In this document: in pieces, positions 21,739 through 32,234 of the stretch
Layout of the letters: the number at the start of each line of letters is the position of its first letter
Position numbering within the stretch: position 1 is the stretch's first letter
Origin: Armatimonadota bacterium
Lineage (GTDB): Bacteria; Armatimonadota; UBA5829; DSUL01
NCBI GenBank assembly: GCA_039811685.1
Contig: JBDHZC010000002.1
Location: forward strand, 224,001-288,000
Direction of reading: 5' to 3'
Length of the DNA stretch: 64,000 nucleotides
The notes under the pieces: model-generated
The model's database searches: none
The model's input: the letters and a program-made list of their open reading frames with translations, nothing else
Told to the model about the DNA's origin: nothing
Made by a program: the position numbers and the translations under genes

Positions 21739-22167
21739 TCACAAAACGATTGCGCCGGCCCCGTCCATCCATTCATGCAGCTTCTCCGCAAGGCCCTCGG
21801 TAAGCGGAAGCTCGCTCAGGCGCTCCAGCGGCCACCAGCGCACCTCGTCCGCGTCCCCTGACGGACGAAGTTCTCCCGATATCACGCGACAAAAGAAATC
21901 CACCAGAACAAAGTGAAAGCCTTCATTTCCGTCCTCCTCCGGGACGATGACCTCACTGATACCGGCCAGGCGCTCGGCCTTCACCACCAGGCCCGTCTCT
22001 TCTCTTGCTTCGCGCTGTGCGCATTCCCGCAGCCTCTCATTCAGCTCAAGATGCCCACCCGGGACACTCCACAGCCCCTTACCGGGAGCATGCCCCCGCT
22101 TGACCAGAAGAACCTCTCTGCCACGCAAAATGACCGCGCCCACGCCGACTTCTGGAGATCGCTTCAC
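21739..22167 (-). CDS. Nudix hydrolase (ADP-ribose pyrophosphatase-like)
   Basis: Nudix box GHLELNERLRECAQREAREETG. Start overlaps the nadE stop. Confidence 0.9.
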   Translation of the reverse strand: MKRSPEVGVGAVILRGREVLLVKRGHAPGKGLWSVPGGHLELNERLRECAQREAREETGLVVKAERLAGISEVIVPEEDGNEGFHFVLVDFFCRVISGELRPSGDADEVRWWPLERLSELPLTEGLAEKLHEWMDGAGAIVL

Positions 22168-23930
22168 AGATCGCCATCCCTGAAAGCATTGGTGAGGGGC
22201 ATACGCCAGTCGCTGCCAAAGGCCTTCGAGGTGATTCTGACTCCGGGAGGCGCCTGAGCGCGCTTGTATTCACTGGCGCGCACAAGCCGGACAACTCTGA
22301 GCACAGTGTCCCTGTCGAAGCCCTGACTAACGATCGCCTCCACACCCTGATCGCCTTCGATGTGACGCAGCAGAATCCCGTCCAGAATGTCGTAGGGCGG
22401 CAGACTGTCCGTGTCTTTCTGGCCGGGACGCAGCTCAGCCGAGGGAGCGCGGTGGATGATTGAGGGGGGGATTACCTCACTGTCGCGATTTCGCCAGCGC
22501 GCAAGCTTCCACACAAGTGTCTTGTAAACGTCTTTGAGGACGGCAAACCCACCCGCCATGTCACCGTAGAGCGTAGCGTACCCAACTGCCATCTCGCTCT
22601 TGTTGCCGCACGTGAGAACGAGACTGGACTCCTTGTTGGAGAGCGCCATCAGCAGATTGCCGCGAATCCGCGCCTGTAGATTCTCGTAAGCCAGACCCGG
22701 CCCTCCGTCTTTGAACAACTCCTCCAGTTCCACCTGATAACTCTCAAAGATGCCGTCAATCGGGAGTTCAAGAAAGCGCACGCCAAAGTTGTCTGCGACG
22801 TGCTCTGCGTCTTTGCGAGTCTCTGCACTGGTGAAGCGGCCAGGCATGGAGACGGCGGTGACCCTCTCCGGGCCGAGAGCGTCACAGGCTACCGCCAGCG
22901 TCAGCGCGCTGTCAATGCCCCCAGAGAGCCCGAGAATGACGGACGGAAAAGAGTTCTTTCGGACATAATCCCGGGTTCCCACCATCAGCGCCTGGTAGGC
23001 TTCCTCAAGCTCATCCAGAGGTGGGACAATGCCAGGAATCACAGGCTGGAGATTACGTTGAAGGGAGCCTGGCAGGACAATGGTCTCGACCCGCAGGCTA
23101 TTGTCTAGCTGCTGGGGCAGGGCTTCGCTGGCGCTATCAGAACTACCATCGGAGTTGTCTTCGAGAAGCGCAACATCAGCCACCAGAAGCTGCTCCTCAA
23201 AAGCGCGCGCCCGCGCAAGCGTCGCTCCATTAGCGCCAACGATGAGAGATTGCCCGTCAAAGACCAGATCATCCTGCGCCCCGACCGTGTTGACATAACA
23301 GATGGCGCATCCCAGGCTGCGCGCGCGCTGGGCGAGTATCTCCTCTCGTTCCCGGAGTTTTCCGCGATCGTAAGGAGAAGCATTCAGGACGAGAATAAGC
23401 TGCGCTGCTCCCAGAGCCGTCTGGGCCAGCGCCGGACCGTCGTCAAGCCAGATGTCTTCGCAGATGTTGATGCCAAAGCGCACCGTGTCCAGCAAAAACA
23501 CCTGCGCGCCCAGACCTTTGTAGAAGTAGCGCTTTTCATCGAAGACACCGTAGTTGGGCAGAGCACATTTGCGGTACGCTGCGACAAAGGAGCCGTTGTG
23601 AATGACCGCAGCCGCATTGTAGAGCCCCTCTTCAGCCTCGGCGAACCCAACGACGGATACAACTCCCTGCGTGTTGCGGACAATCTCGGCCATCGCCTCC
23701 TGTGCGCTTTGCTGGAACGCAGATTTGTACAACAGGTCCTCTGGAGGGTAGCCAGTAAGCGCCAGCTCTGGAAATACGACAACATCCGCGTGCTTTTCGA
23801 CGGCCTGCCTCGTGAACTCGAGAATGGAGTCCGCATTGCCGCGCAGATCACCCACCCGCGGATTCATCTGAGCCAGAGCCACGCGAATGGTCTTCGTAGC
23901 CACTTCAGTTGTCGCCTTGTTCTCGGCCAT
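22164..23930 (-). CDS. nadE: Glutamine-dependent NAD+ synthetase
   Basis: Nitrilase domain (FPEL, YRK, ICEDIW) plus synthetase domain (SGGIDS, ENLQARIRG, NKSE, PSAEL). TGATG overlap with the glnE stop. Confidence 0.96.
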   Translation of the reverse strand: MAENKATTEVATKTIRVALAQMNPRVGDLRGNADSILEFTRQAVEKHADVVVFPELALTGYPPEDLLYKSAFQQSAQEAMAEIVRNTQGVVSVVGFAEAEEGLYNAAAVIHNGSFVAAYRKCALPNYGVFDEKRYFYKGLGAQVFLLDTVRFGINICEDIWLDDGPALAQTALGAAQLILVLNASPYDRGKLREREEILAQRARSLGCAICYVNTVGAQDDLVFDGQSLIVGANGATLARARAFEEQLLVADVALLEDNSDGSSDSASEALPQQLDNSLRVETIVLPGSLQRNLQPVIPGIVPPLDELEEAYQALMVGTRDYVRKNSFPSVILGLSGGIDSALTLAVACDALGPERVTAVSMPGRFTSAETRKDAEHVADNFGVRFLELPIDGIFESYQVELEELFKDGGPGLAYENLQARIRGNLLMALSNKESSLVLTCGNKSEMAVGYATLYGDMAGGFAVLKDVYKTLVWKLARWRNRDSEVIPPSIIHRAPSAELRPGQKDTDSLPPYDILDGILLRHIEGDQGVEAIVSQGFDRDTVLRVVRLVRASEYKRAQAPPGVRITSKAFGSDWRMPLTNAFRDGDL

Positions 23931-26900
23931 CAAACGCCTTTCCGCGACGGATCGCCCCAGGCTTCCCGCGTCAGATCACTCTCAAAAAAAACGCGCTCGT
24001 GAATCTTGCGCGACGCGACGGTATGCCTGTGGTAGTCTTCAAGAAACGCCTCCGATCCAGTGTGAGCATACCCCACCCGCCGCGCAAAACTCTTCAAAGC
24101 GTCCGGCTCGAGCGAAACACCTTCGGCCGGTACATCCGCTGCCATCTGCAGGCGGTTCTCCGCCCTTCTCAGGAACAGATAAGCGTCTATCAGAGTTTTT
24201 GCATCGCGCGCTCCCAACACTCCGGCAGCGCGAGCGGCCTTGAGGGCGCGGACCGTATTAGGTTGGCGCAGCGTTTCACGGGTTGCTCCGTACGCAAGCT
24301 GAACAATCTGAGTGGTAAACTCGATGTCCAGTATACAGCCCGGCCCTCGCTTGAGGTCCAGCAGATTCTCAGACTGAGCGGACTTTTCCGATTCAATACG
24401 GCGCTTGACGTGGCGCACCTGGTCCAGATCTTCCTGTGTCAAAGGCCGCCCCCAGACCGCCGTATGCATCTCCCGCAACAGCCGCCGGGAGAGTGGCGCA
24501 TCCCCCGCGACATGCCTTGCCCGCACCATCGCCTGACGCTCCCAGGCCTGCGCTTCCGTGTGAAGATATTGTGTGTAACCATCCAGACTAATGGCCAACA
24601 TTCCCGCGTTGCCCTGTGGACGTAGCCGCAGGTCCACCTGGAAGCCTCTGCCCTCAGCGGTCAGGCGGCTCAGTACGTCAAGAACTCTCCGCACTGCTTT
24701 GTCGAACGCACGAAATCCGTCCTGCGCTCCGGGAGCCTCCAGATAGACACACACCAGATCCAGATCCGATGAGTAGTGAAGCTCCCGTCCGCCCAGCTTG
24801 CCCATCCCGAGGATGCCGAGTCTGCCGGGCAAGGAGCCAGAAGAATCCGGACAAAGCTCGTCAATTTTGAGCGCGCTGCGCAGGCAGGCTTCGGCCAGAT
24901 CGCTGATCTCTCGCGTGACCTCCCGCACTGACGCCAGCTCGGCGACATCCTGCGCGCCAATACGCAAGAACTCCCTCAGTCTGTAGCGCCGCAGCGCATC
25001 CAAACACCCATCTCGCGTAGTCTCCTGCTTCAGACGCGCGTCCAGCTCTCCCGACATCACCCGCAGGCTTTTTGTCTCAGACAGCGTTTCGGCGCGGCTC
25101 AGCAGATCGATGTATTCTGGGTGACGCGCCAGTGCCCCACCCAGAAACTCACTGGCGCTTGCCAGACGCGCAAACACTTCCAGTGAGCCAGGGCCTGAGC
25201 CAATGGAGCGGAAGAACGATAGCGGAGACCCGGACGCACCCGCAATGCTCTGAAGCTGCGCCAGGCTCAAATCCGGATCAGGGGAGCCGGAAACAGCTTT
25301 CAGCAGCTCCGGAAGTGTCTGCAGAAATCGGCGCTGAGGCTCCGAAGAAATCTGAGAAGCGTTCTCACTGTGCAGAATCTGGCGCAAACGCCGCAACGCC
25401 TCCGCAGGCGATTCAAATCCCATCTCTGACAGTGTCCGCTGCGCATCTGAGTCCGAACCAATCAGAACAGCCCAGTCCGCATCAGACGCGTCCCGGCGAT
25501 TGAGATAGTCTTTGAAAAGACGCTGGTGAATCTGCCGCACAGCCTCTGTGTTGCGCGTGTAGTCAGCGGAAAAGCGCTCCTCAGCTCTTTCCCGGTTCTC
25601 GTCCCGGTAGCCCAGACTGAGCGCCAGCGAGCGAAGCTGAGCCGGATCATCAGGAAGTCGCTGCGTTGGCAGCTCGTCGGATAGCTGCAACCTGTGCTCC
25701 ACCTGCCGCAGGAAAATGTAAGCCGCTTCCAGCACAGCGGACTCTTGTGCGCTCAATAGCTCCAGCCCTTCCAGCGCGGCTACAGCGTCCAGTGTCGCGG
25801 GTGAGCGCGCCTGAGGATGCGCGTTCCCAGCTACAAGCTGCAGAAGCTGCACCGTAAACTCCACATCCCGAATACCGCCCCAGCCATACTTGACCTGACG
25901 CTCCATGGAGCCGTTTTCGGCGCGCACGTGCTCAGAGCGATCTTTGAGTGACAAAATATGGGCGATAGAAATCGAATCCATCGGTCTGGCAAAGGCGAAG
26001 TTCTGGATGAACTCATCCACTTTTTCTCTCAGCGCAGGTGGCCCGGCGATAGTCCGCGCTTTGATGAGCGCCTGGCGCTCCCACGGCTCGCTCCAGGATT
26101 CGTAGTAGTTGAGGAACTGAGAAACGGAGCAACCGACCGGCCCGGATGCCCCGAATGGCCGCAGGCGGAGGTCCACGCGGTACATCCGGCCCTGCGCGGA
26201 CATAGCGCCCAGAGCTTCAACGACTGAGCGCGCGAGCTTGTCGTAGAAAGGCTGCTCTCTATCCGACAAGTCCTGCGAGAGGTCCCACACAAAAGCAAGA
26301 TCAATGTCTGAGGAGTAGTTTAGCTCGCGCGCGCCAAGCTTTCCGAAAGCGATAACAGCAAACGCATCCGGCTTGTCGCCATCAAAGCGCTGAAACTCAT
26401 GGCACACAGCAAGGGTCTGACCCACCAGAGCCGCTGCCAGGTCCGAGATTTCGCCGACAATCTCCTGGAAACTGCCTATGCCAGTCAACTCGCGCGCTCC
26501 AATGCGTAGATACTCGCGCCGGCGCATTCTGCGAAGAGCGTCCAGTTGATTCACGCGATCCTGAAAAACGTCCACCGCGTCAGCCGCCTCCAGACGCAGA
26601 TCCGCCAGCGTCTTTGCGCACGTAAGGCCCTGCGTATCCGCCAGGAGGTCCAGATACTCAGGGTTGATTACGAGCAGATCCGCCAGAGCCCGGCTGGCGC
26701 CGGCTACGGAGAAGAAAACTTCGAGACAGGCGGGATCATCGGCCATCCGGCGGTACAATGAGGACCGCTGCCCAAAAGCGTCGGCGAGCCTGTCAAGCTG
26801 CAAGAGACAGTGCTCTGGACTGGAAGAGGTGGAACACGCGTGGAGGACAGTTGGCAGTACCTCGGCCAGAGCTATGCGGTCTGACGGAGTGGGGCACATT

Positions 26901-27016
26901 CTCTGAAGCAACAGATCCACCCTGTGCGCGTCAGGGAAAGCGTAAGGCGACAGCAGAGACTCAACTTGCGAGTCTTCCAGATCCGGAGCAAGGAGCAGGT
27001 CGCGCACATCAGCCAT
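23930..27016 (-). CDS. glnE: Glutamine synthetase adenylyltransferase/adenylyl-removing enzyme
   Basis: Two NTase halves (GKLG..EL.YSSD.D; VDLRLRP.G; WERQA..AR). Confidence 0.95.
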   Translation of the reverse strand: MADVRDLLLAPDLEDSQVESLLSPYAFPDAHRVDLLLQRMCPTPSDRIALAEVLPTVLHACSTSSSPEHCLLQLDRLADAFGQRSSLYRRMADDPACLEVFFSVAGASRALADLLVINPEYLDLLADTQGLTCAKTLADLRLEAADAVDVFQDRVNQLDALRRMRRREYLRIGARELTGIGSFQEIVGEISDLAAALVGQTLAVCHEFQRFDGDKPDAFAVIAFGKLGARELNYSSDIDLAFVWDLSQDLSDREQPFYDKLARSVVEALGAMSAQGRMYRVDLRLRPFGASGPVGCSVSQFLNYYESWSEPWERQALIKARTIAGPPALREKVDEFIQNFAFARPMDSISIAHILSLKDRSEHVRAENGSMERQVKYGWGGIRDVEFTVQLLQLVAGNAHPQARSPATLDAVAALEGLELLSAQESAVLEAAYIFLRQVEHRLQLSDELPTQRLPDDPAQLRSLALSLGYRDENRERAEERFSADYTRNTEAVRQIHQRLFKDYLNRRDASDADWAVLIGSDSDAQRTLSEMGFESPAEALRRLRQILHSENASQISSEPQRRFLQTLPELLKAVSGSPDPDLSLAQLQSIAGASGSPLSFFRSIGSGPGSLEVFARLASASEFLGGALARHPEYIDLLSRAETLSETKSLRVMSGELDARLKQETTRDGCLDALRRYRLREFLRIGAQDVAELASVREVTREISDLAEACLRSALKIDELCPDSSGSLPGRLGILGMGKLGGRELHYSSDLDLVCVYLEAPGAQDGFRAFDKAVRRVLDVLSRLTAEGRGFQVDLRLRPQGNAGMLAISLDGYTQYLHTEAQAWERQAMVRARHVAGDAPLSRRLLREMHTAVWGRPLTQEDLDQVRHVKRRIESEKSAQSENLLDLKRGPGCILDIEFTTQIVQLAYGATRETLRQPNTVRALKAARAAGVLGARDAKTLIDAYLFLRRAENRLQMAADVPAEGVSLEPDALKSFARRVGYAHTGSEAFLEDYHRHTVASRKIHERVFFESDLTREAWGDPSRKGV

Positions 27017-27154
27017 TTGTGAGGGAATCAGCCCTCCGGGACACGAGAGCGCCGCATGGGTAGCGGTGAGTTGAGTGTGGCCGCAGCATTAACCACAGCA
27101 TACCGGCTCACCGCAGGACCTCGCCACTTCGCACGTGCGAGCTAGACTGAAATA

Positions 27155-28294
27155 TCAGCTCTCGAGGTATTCGCGCAGCTTTCTGTTGCGGTTGGGGTTT
27201 CGCAGCTTCTTGAGAGCTTTCGCCTCAATCTGGCGGATGCGCTCCCTCGTAACCTGAAAGTGCCTGCCCACCTCTTCCAGCGTGCGCGTGTGGCCGTCAT
27301 CAAGCCCAAAGCGCATCTTGAGCACGTCGCGTTCGCGGTCGGTCAGATTGTTGAGCGCCTCTTCGATTTTTTCCCGCAGGATCACCTGCGTGGCCGCGGA
27401 TTGTGGAGAAACAGCGTCGTGGTCTTCGATAAAGTCCGAGAGGTGGCTGTCCTCTTCCTCTCCTATGGGTGTCTCCAGAGACAGTGGCTCGGGCGCTATG
27501 CGCTGAATCTCCATGACACGCTCTGGCGGCATGTCCAACTCGCGCGCCAGCTCTTCTACGGTGGGCTCGCGTCCGAGGTCCTGCAGCATCTGGCTGACCG
27601 TCTTGACCAGGCGGTTGATGGTCTCAACCATATGAACCGGAATGCGAATAGTGCGCCCCTGGTCAGCAATAGCGCGCGTGATAGCCTGGCGAATCCACCA
27701 TGTGGCGTACGTGCTGAACTTGTAGCCCTTCCGATAGTCGAACTTCTCCACGGCGCGGATAAGCCCCAGGTTGCCTTCCTGAATAAGGTCCGGGAAGGAC
27801 AGGCTGCGACCGCTGTAGCGCTTGGCGATGCTGACCACAAGCCGCAGGTTAGCTTCGATCAGGATGTCTTTTGCTTCGTGCTCACCGTTTTCGATACGCT
27901 TGGCGAGCGTAGTCTCCTCACGCATCGTCAACAGCGGAGTTTTTCCGATCTCGCGCAGCCACATCCGCACGCTGTCGTCAACTGGAACGCCTTCGACTTC
28001 CTGAATGTCCTGGTCAGCCTTCGCTGTGATAGCCAGCTTTGCGGCTGCAGTCGGATCGATCGGATCATCCTCACCGGCGGCATGGTGATTGTTGGAGGAT
28101 TCGGCATGGTCGGCAATATGGATGCCCTCATCACGCAGATGCTGCAGCATGTCATCCATCTGGTCGACGTCAACCTCCTCGGACTCGTTCAAAGCGTCGT
28201 TGATCTCGTCCCAGGTCAGTACGCCAGCGCGCACTCCCTGCTCGCGCAGTTTCTTAAATTCTGCCGTTTCCCTTATGTGAGAGTCCAAAGCCAC
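27155..28294 (-). CDS. rpoD: RNA polymerase primary sigma factor
   Basis: [49 protein letters not shown]. Start uncertain (GTG 28294 with GAAAGGGG RBS; alternative ATG 28375). Follows dnaG. Confidence 0.95.
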   Translation of the reverse strand: MALDSHIRETAEFKKLREQGVRAGVLTWDEINDALNESEEVDVDQMDDMLQHLRDEGIHIADHAESSNNHHAAGEDDPIDPTAAAKLAITAKADQDIQEVEGVPVDDSVRMWLREIGKTPLLTMREETTLAKRIENGEHEAKDILIEANLRLVVSIAKRYSGRSLSFPDLIQEGNLGLIRAVEKFDYRKGYKFSTYATWWIRQAITRAIADQGRTIRIPVHMVETINRLVKTVSQMLQDLGREPTVEELARELDMPPERVMEIQRIAPEPLSLETPIGEEEDSHLSDFIEDHDAVSPQSAATQVILREKIEEALNNLTDRERDVLKMRFGLDDGHTRTLEEVGRHFQVTRERIRQIEAKALKKLRNPNRNRKLREYLES

Positions 28295-28499
28295 GTTGCC
28301 GATCCCCCTTTCAGGGCTATCCGGGAAAGAGTCTATTCTTGACAAGGGTTGAACCATAACCAACTCAGTGTGCATACACTCTCCCTGCTGCACATTTCGT
28401 GCCGAAGTAGAGAGAAAAGCCTTTCACCGTTGGGCCGTAAGTCCAAAACCAGTAAACCTACGCGCATCCTGGCCGTCCCCCAGGGACGCAGCCTTTGTT

Positions 28500-30320
28500 T
28501 CAGGAGCGCATCTGACGCTTCAACTCCAGATAGCGCTGGTAGCGCGGGTCATCCCGGCTGAGATCTCCCCGCCTGAGTTGATCCTCCAGGCTTTCCAGAG
28601 TCCTGCGTGTGGCCTCTCGGCCAACACGCGCCACACAATCGTCCACTAAAGCCAGATTCACCGGAGGGTAGTCCGTTCTCACCATTAGCGAACTGGCCAT
28701 CTGAGCTAGCTGCGGGTCAACTCCCTCTTCTCCAAACGCCAGTGAAGATACTTCTTCTCCAACAGCGCGGCGGGTGTAGACTTCCTCAGCCAGCCTTCGG
28801 CCAATGTCAGTCACAAAGGCGTCCGCAGACACAGCCTGCGCAATATAGTCTGCTGTCGATCCCCCTTGAAGCAACTCTCTGAGAAGGATATGCTCTGCCT
28901 TCTCTACCGCGCTCACAGCCCGTGAATCGCCAGATTTGCGTGAACGCTGTGCCAGTTGTCCCGCTGCCTGAGTTGAGGAAGATTCAGAGCGTTGCCGCTC
29001 AGACTTCGTACCCTGACGCATCATCCGCTCAACAGCTTCGCGGATACGCGCCTCGGCCGAGTCTCTTCCTCTGTCAAAGCCAGCGCCCTTGTCAAAGTCC
29101 GCGTGATAGGTCACCAGTTTCAGAATCAGCCGATCACGCTCAAAATCGTTACTCACGCGCGCCAGCAACTGCGCAGCCTGAGCGAGCATGCGACTGCGCT
29201 GTGCGTCGTCGCCCAGATTGAAAAGCGCAAGGAGCGCATCCAGCCGATACTCCGCGCCCGGAACAGCCTCCTCCAGCGCGCGTATGAGTTCCGCCTGCCG
29301 ACCCGCGCCTACCAGACTGTCCGGGTCTTCTTCAGAAGGAAGCTGCGCTATGCGCACATCCAGACCAGCGGCCTCCAGTGCCTCACCGGCTGACACCGCC
29401 GCCTTCCGTCCCGCTGAATCCGAATCCAGACAGACGACAACCTGATCGCACAAATGCTTCAACAGGCTTACGTGCCCGTCACCAAATGCCGTCCCCATGC
29501 ACGCGACTGCTGTCTCAACTCCGGCCCGGTGCGCTGAAATCACGTCAAGAAAGCCTTCCACAAGCACCGCACGCCCGGCGGATTGTATGGCTTTGCGCGC
29601 AAAGCTCAACCCGTACAGTATGTTGGCTTTGTGAAAGACCGGCGTCTCTGGTGAGTTGAGATACTTTGGGCCTTCCGTTCCCATATCTCGCCCACCGAAC
29701 CCGACAATCTGTCCCGCGTGATCCCACACCGGAAACATCAGCCGGTTTCGAAATCTGTCGTAGCAGCTTCCATCCTGACGCCGCCCTACTAATCCCGCTT
29801 TCGCCGCGGCTGCGGAATCTACCTTCTCAGCAGCTAAAAAATGAGATAATCCCTCCCACCCCGGCGGAGCAAACCCTATACCAAACTTCTCAGCAGTTTG
29901 CGCGTCAACGTGGCGGGACTTAACGTAGGAAAGAGCTTCGGCGCTGGCTTTCAGCCTTTCACGGAAGTAGCGCGCGCTGGTGGCAAGCGCCTGCAGTATC
30001 GCTTCCCGCTCATCCGGCCGCGGCCCTCTCGGTCTCTTGTCAAGAGGAACTCCAGTCTTCTCCGAGAGACGCTGCAGAGCTTCCGGAAAGCTCAGGGCCT
30101 CGATCTTCATTAGAAACGTGAAGCAGTCCCCATGCTCCTGACAGCCGAAGCAGTGCCACATCCCCCGCTCCGGGTTGACGTGAAAAGACGGTGTCTTCTC
30201 CTGATGAAACGGGCACAGCCCTTTGAAAGTGACGCCAGTCTTTTGCAGGCGGACATGTTGGGAGATCATGTCCACCAGATCCACCCGCTGCCTTATCTGG
30301 CTTACAACGTCAGACGACAA
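28500..30320 (-). CDS. dnaG: DNA primase
   Basis: CPFH...C..C zinc finger, DRFRNRLMFP, KYLNSPET, EGFLDV, D.D.AG TOPRIM. Confidence 0.97.
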   Translation of the reverse strand: MSSDVVSQIRQRVDLVDMISQHVRLQKTGVTFKGLCPFHQEKTPSFHVNPERGMWHCFGCQEHGDCFTFLMKIEALSFPEALQRLSEKTGVPLDKRPRGPRPDEREAILQALATSARYFRERLKASAEALSYVKSRHVDAQTAEKFGIGFAPPGWEGLSHFLAAEKVDSAAAAKAGLVGRRQDGSCYDRFRNRLMFPVWDHAGQIVGFGGRDMGTEGPKYLNSPETPVFHKANILYGLSFARKAIQSAGRAVLVEGFLDVISAHRAGVETAVACMGTAFGDGHVSLLKHLCDQVVVCLDSDSAGRKAAVSAGEALEAAGLDVRIAQLPSEEDPDSLVGAGRQAELIRALEEAVPGAEYRLDALLALFNLGDDAQRSRMLAQAAQLLARVSNDFERDRLILKLVTYHADFDKGAGFDRGRDSAEARIREAVERMMRQGTKSERQRSESSSTQAAGQLAQRSRKSGDSRAVSAVEKAEHILLRELLQGGSTADYIAQAVSADAFVTDIGRRLAEEVYTRRAVGEEVSSLAFGEEGVDPQLAQMASSLMVRTDYPPVNLALVDDCVARVGREATRRTLESLEDQLRRGDLSRDDPRYQRYLELKRQMRS

Positions 30321-30419
30321 AAGTGAAAATCCTCACCTGCCTGCTCAAGCGCAAAGGCGACAAACCGCCACAGTGCCAATTCCCTGTATCTTTATTTTGC
30401 GCCACTACCTGTCAGATAT

Positions 30420-31052
30420 TCAAGCCCGGCGCGTCGCATTCACAACATACAGCGCCGCCCACTGGGGATCAGCGCTGTCGAAGAGTTCATCTCCATCGAT
30501 GCCAAGAAAGTACTCACACTCAACGTCGCCTCCAAGTGCGATCGCCTTCTCGGTTTGCGAGAGGCTGAGATGTTTGATACTTCTCACATAGGAGCCAGGC
30601 CTGCTCGATTGCTGCTGGAAAAAGCTGGACTGCGGATTGAGAAGCATCGCCACCAGCCTGCCTTCGGGGCGCATCACGCGCCATGCTTCATGGACTGCGG
30701 CTTCGTAATCCTTAATGAATTGCAGTGAAGCAATATAGACAACGGCATCGAAAGAGTTGTCCGAAAGAGGCAGGCTCGCAGCGTCACCGGCAACTGTCCT
30801 GATCTCATCGGGCGCTCTGTCAAGAGCCTGTTGTGAGACATCAACGCCAGTAACCTGGAATCCGCGCTCGCTCAGCAGCTTCTCAATTGCGGCGGGGCCA
30901 CAGCCGACGCTCAGAATATCTCTGCAACCGCACAGCCGTCGCTCCAGATACCGGACTTCTGCTTCAAATACAGCCCGCCAAAAATCAGTCTGGCAAGCCC
31001 TGACGTAGCGTTCGATACTCTCCGTGCTTTCAGGTTCAGACTGGTCCTTCAT
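30420..31052 (-). CDS. Class I SAM-dependent methyltransferase
   Basis: ILSVGCG, TGVD, GDA..LP..DNSFD, RVMRPEG. GAGAGG RBS before the ATG at 31052. Confidence 0.85.
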   Translation of the reverse strand: MKDQSEPESTESIERYVRACQTDFWRAVFEAEVRYLERRLCGCRDILSVGCGPAAIEKLLSERGFQVTGVDVSQQALDRAPDEIRTVAGDAASLPLSDNSFDAVVYIASLQFIKDYEAAVHEAWRVMRPEGRLVAMLLNPQSSFFQQQSSRPGSYVRSIKHLSLSQTEKAIALGGDVECEYFLGIDGDELFDSADPQWAALYVVNATRRA

Positions 31053-31155
31053 AGTCTCAACCTCTCGGCGACAGGCGGCTCGTGACTCAGTTGAGTGATG
31101 CTGGAGCAATCCGCTGAGATGGACTGATAAGCCCGCCCGCTCTTCGATAACGTAA

Positions 31156-31314
31156 GACCCGGTCGTATCGGGTTAGGCAGGCGCTGGTCGTGACGCCGAG
31201 CTTAGATCAGTTCGGGACCGGTGTGTGATTGGCTCAAAAGCCACACGCGTGGCCTGCGGCCGGGCCAGTGACCTTGCATCGGCGGCAGACGCCTGCGCAA
31301 GCCTGTGCGCTTTT
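31156..31314. ncRNA. Candidate structured non-coding element of unknown family
   Basis: Nested complementary segments GCAGGCG (31177-83)/CGCCTGC (31290-96), CGCCGA/TCGGCG, GGACCGG/CCGGGCC, two internal hairpins and flanking hairpins in a 300-nt intergenic gap. Confidence 0.35.
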
Positions 31315-31351
31315 CTACCGGCACTCCAGAGTCAAAGCACCCAGCGCGCTG

Positions 31352-32152
31352 CTACTCAACCAGAGCGACAGACACTCCAACCACACGCCCGGCCAGCAGC
31401 GTGAAAGCTACGTGTGCGCGCTCGGAATAATCCATCACGAGAGTGCCATCCGGGTTGGAGCGCTGCGCTTGTGGATAACCATATCTGGCCACAACCTGCC
31501 TGTAAGTCGCGCCCACACCGATACCGCGCTTCGTGCGCGCTGGAGACCACGGCCAGGGAGCAAACGCGTCAATCTGCTCAACCAGGCCCTTGTAGCCGAC
31601 GGTGAAGATCAGCGACGGGCCGGTTGGATAGTCGTAGTAGAGCTTGGTAATCGGGCGCTGCACTACCGGTTGTGCCTGCCCGAAGGCTTCCTGACCTGGA
31701 AGGACACCTCCCGGAGGCGCAAATCCGGCTCCGGGCGCGGGCTGTTGCGTACCTGCGCCGAAGAGCCCGCCAATCACATTGCCAAGCGCTCCACCCAGCT
31801 CCGCCGGGCCACCAGGGCTCATGCCACCAGGCGCTCCCATAACGCTGCCGGGTGGCTGAGCGGGAAGTCCAAAGTTCTGAGGCTGCGGAAGTCCTTCCAG
31901 TCCCGGAGCCCCTGGCGTCCCCGGCTGGCTCTGTGAGACAGTCGCACTGGCGTCCACGCGGCTGGGATTGCCGTACTTGGACACGACCTGAGTGGCTGGA
32001 CGCCCAATGGAAATGCCAGCCAGCGATCTTTCTGGCCCAAAAGAGACTGGCGCAGCCCGGCGCGACCTGGCGGCTTCCCCGGTCCCCGCCGCGCAGGCCA
32101 AAACCGCTGAGGTCAGCGCAATCCCCATCACTGTGTAAAATCTAGCGTTCAT
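31352..32152 (-). CDS. Secreted hypothetical protein with two GI.IG...QVV..YG.P repeats and a Pro/Gly/Gln-rich insert
   Basis: Signal peptide; GISIGRPATQVVSKYGNP and GIGVGATYRQVVARYGYP. Confidence 0.75.
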   Translation of the reverse strand: MNARFYTVMGIALTSAVLACAAGTGEAARSRRAAPVSFGPERSLAGISIGRPATQVVSKYGNPSRVDASATVSQSQPGTPGAPGLEGLPQPQNFGLPAQPPGSVMGAPGGMSPGGPAELGGALGNVIGGLFGAGTQQPAPGAGFAPPGGVLPGQEAFGQAQPVVQRPITKLYYDYPTGPSLIFTVGYKGLVEQIDAFAPWPWSPARTKRGIGVGATYRQVVARYGYPQAQRSNPDGTLVMDYSERAHVAFTLLAGRVVGVSVALVE

Positions 32153-32234
32153 AGATGAATCTCTCGTAGCCTTCTTATTTTTCCCGGACGCCTGGGCTAT
32201 GGAAAACCTGTCTCAGATCCCGTCCCGAAGCCTT

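Noticed and set aside
31229..31936. 235-aa plus-strand ORF
   Set aside because: It is antisense to the signal-peptide-bearing 31352..32152 gene, with Arg-rich shadow composition.
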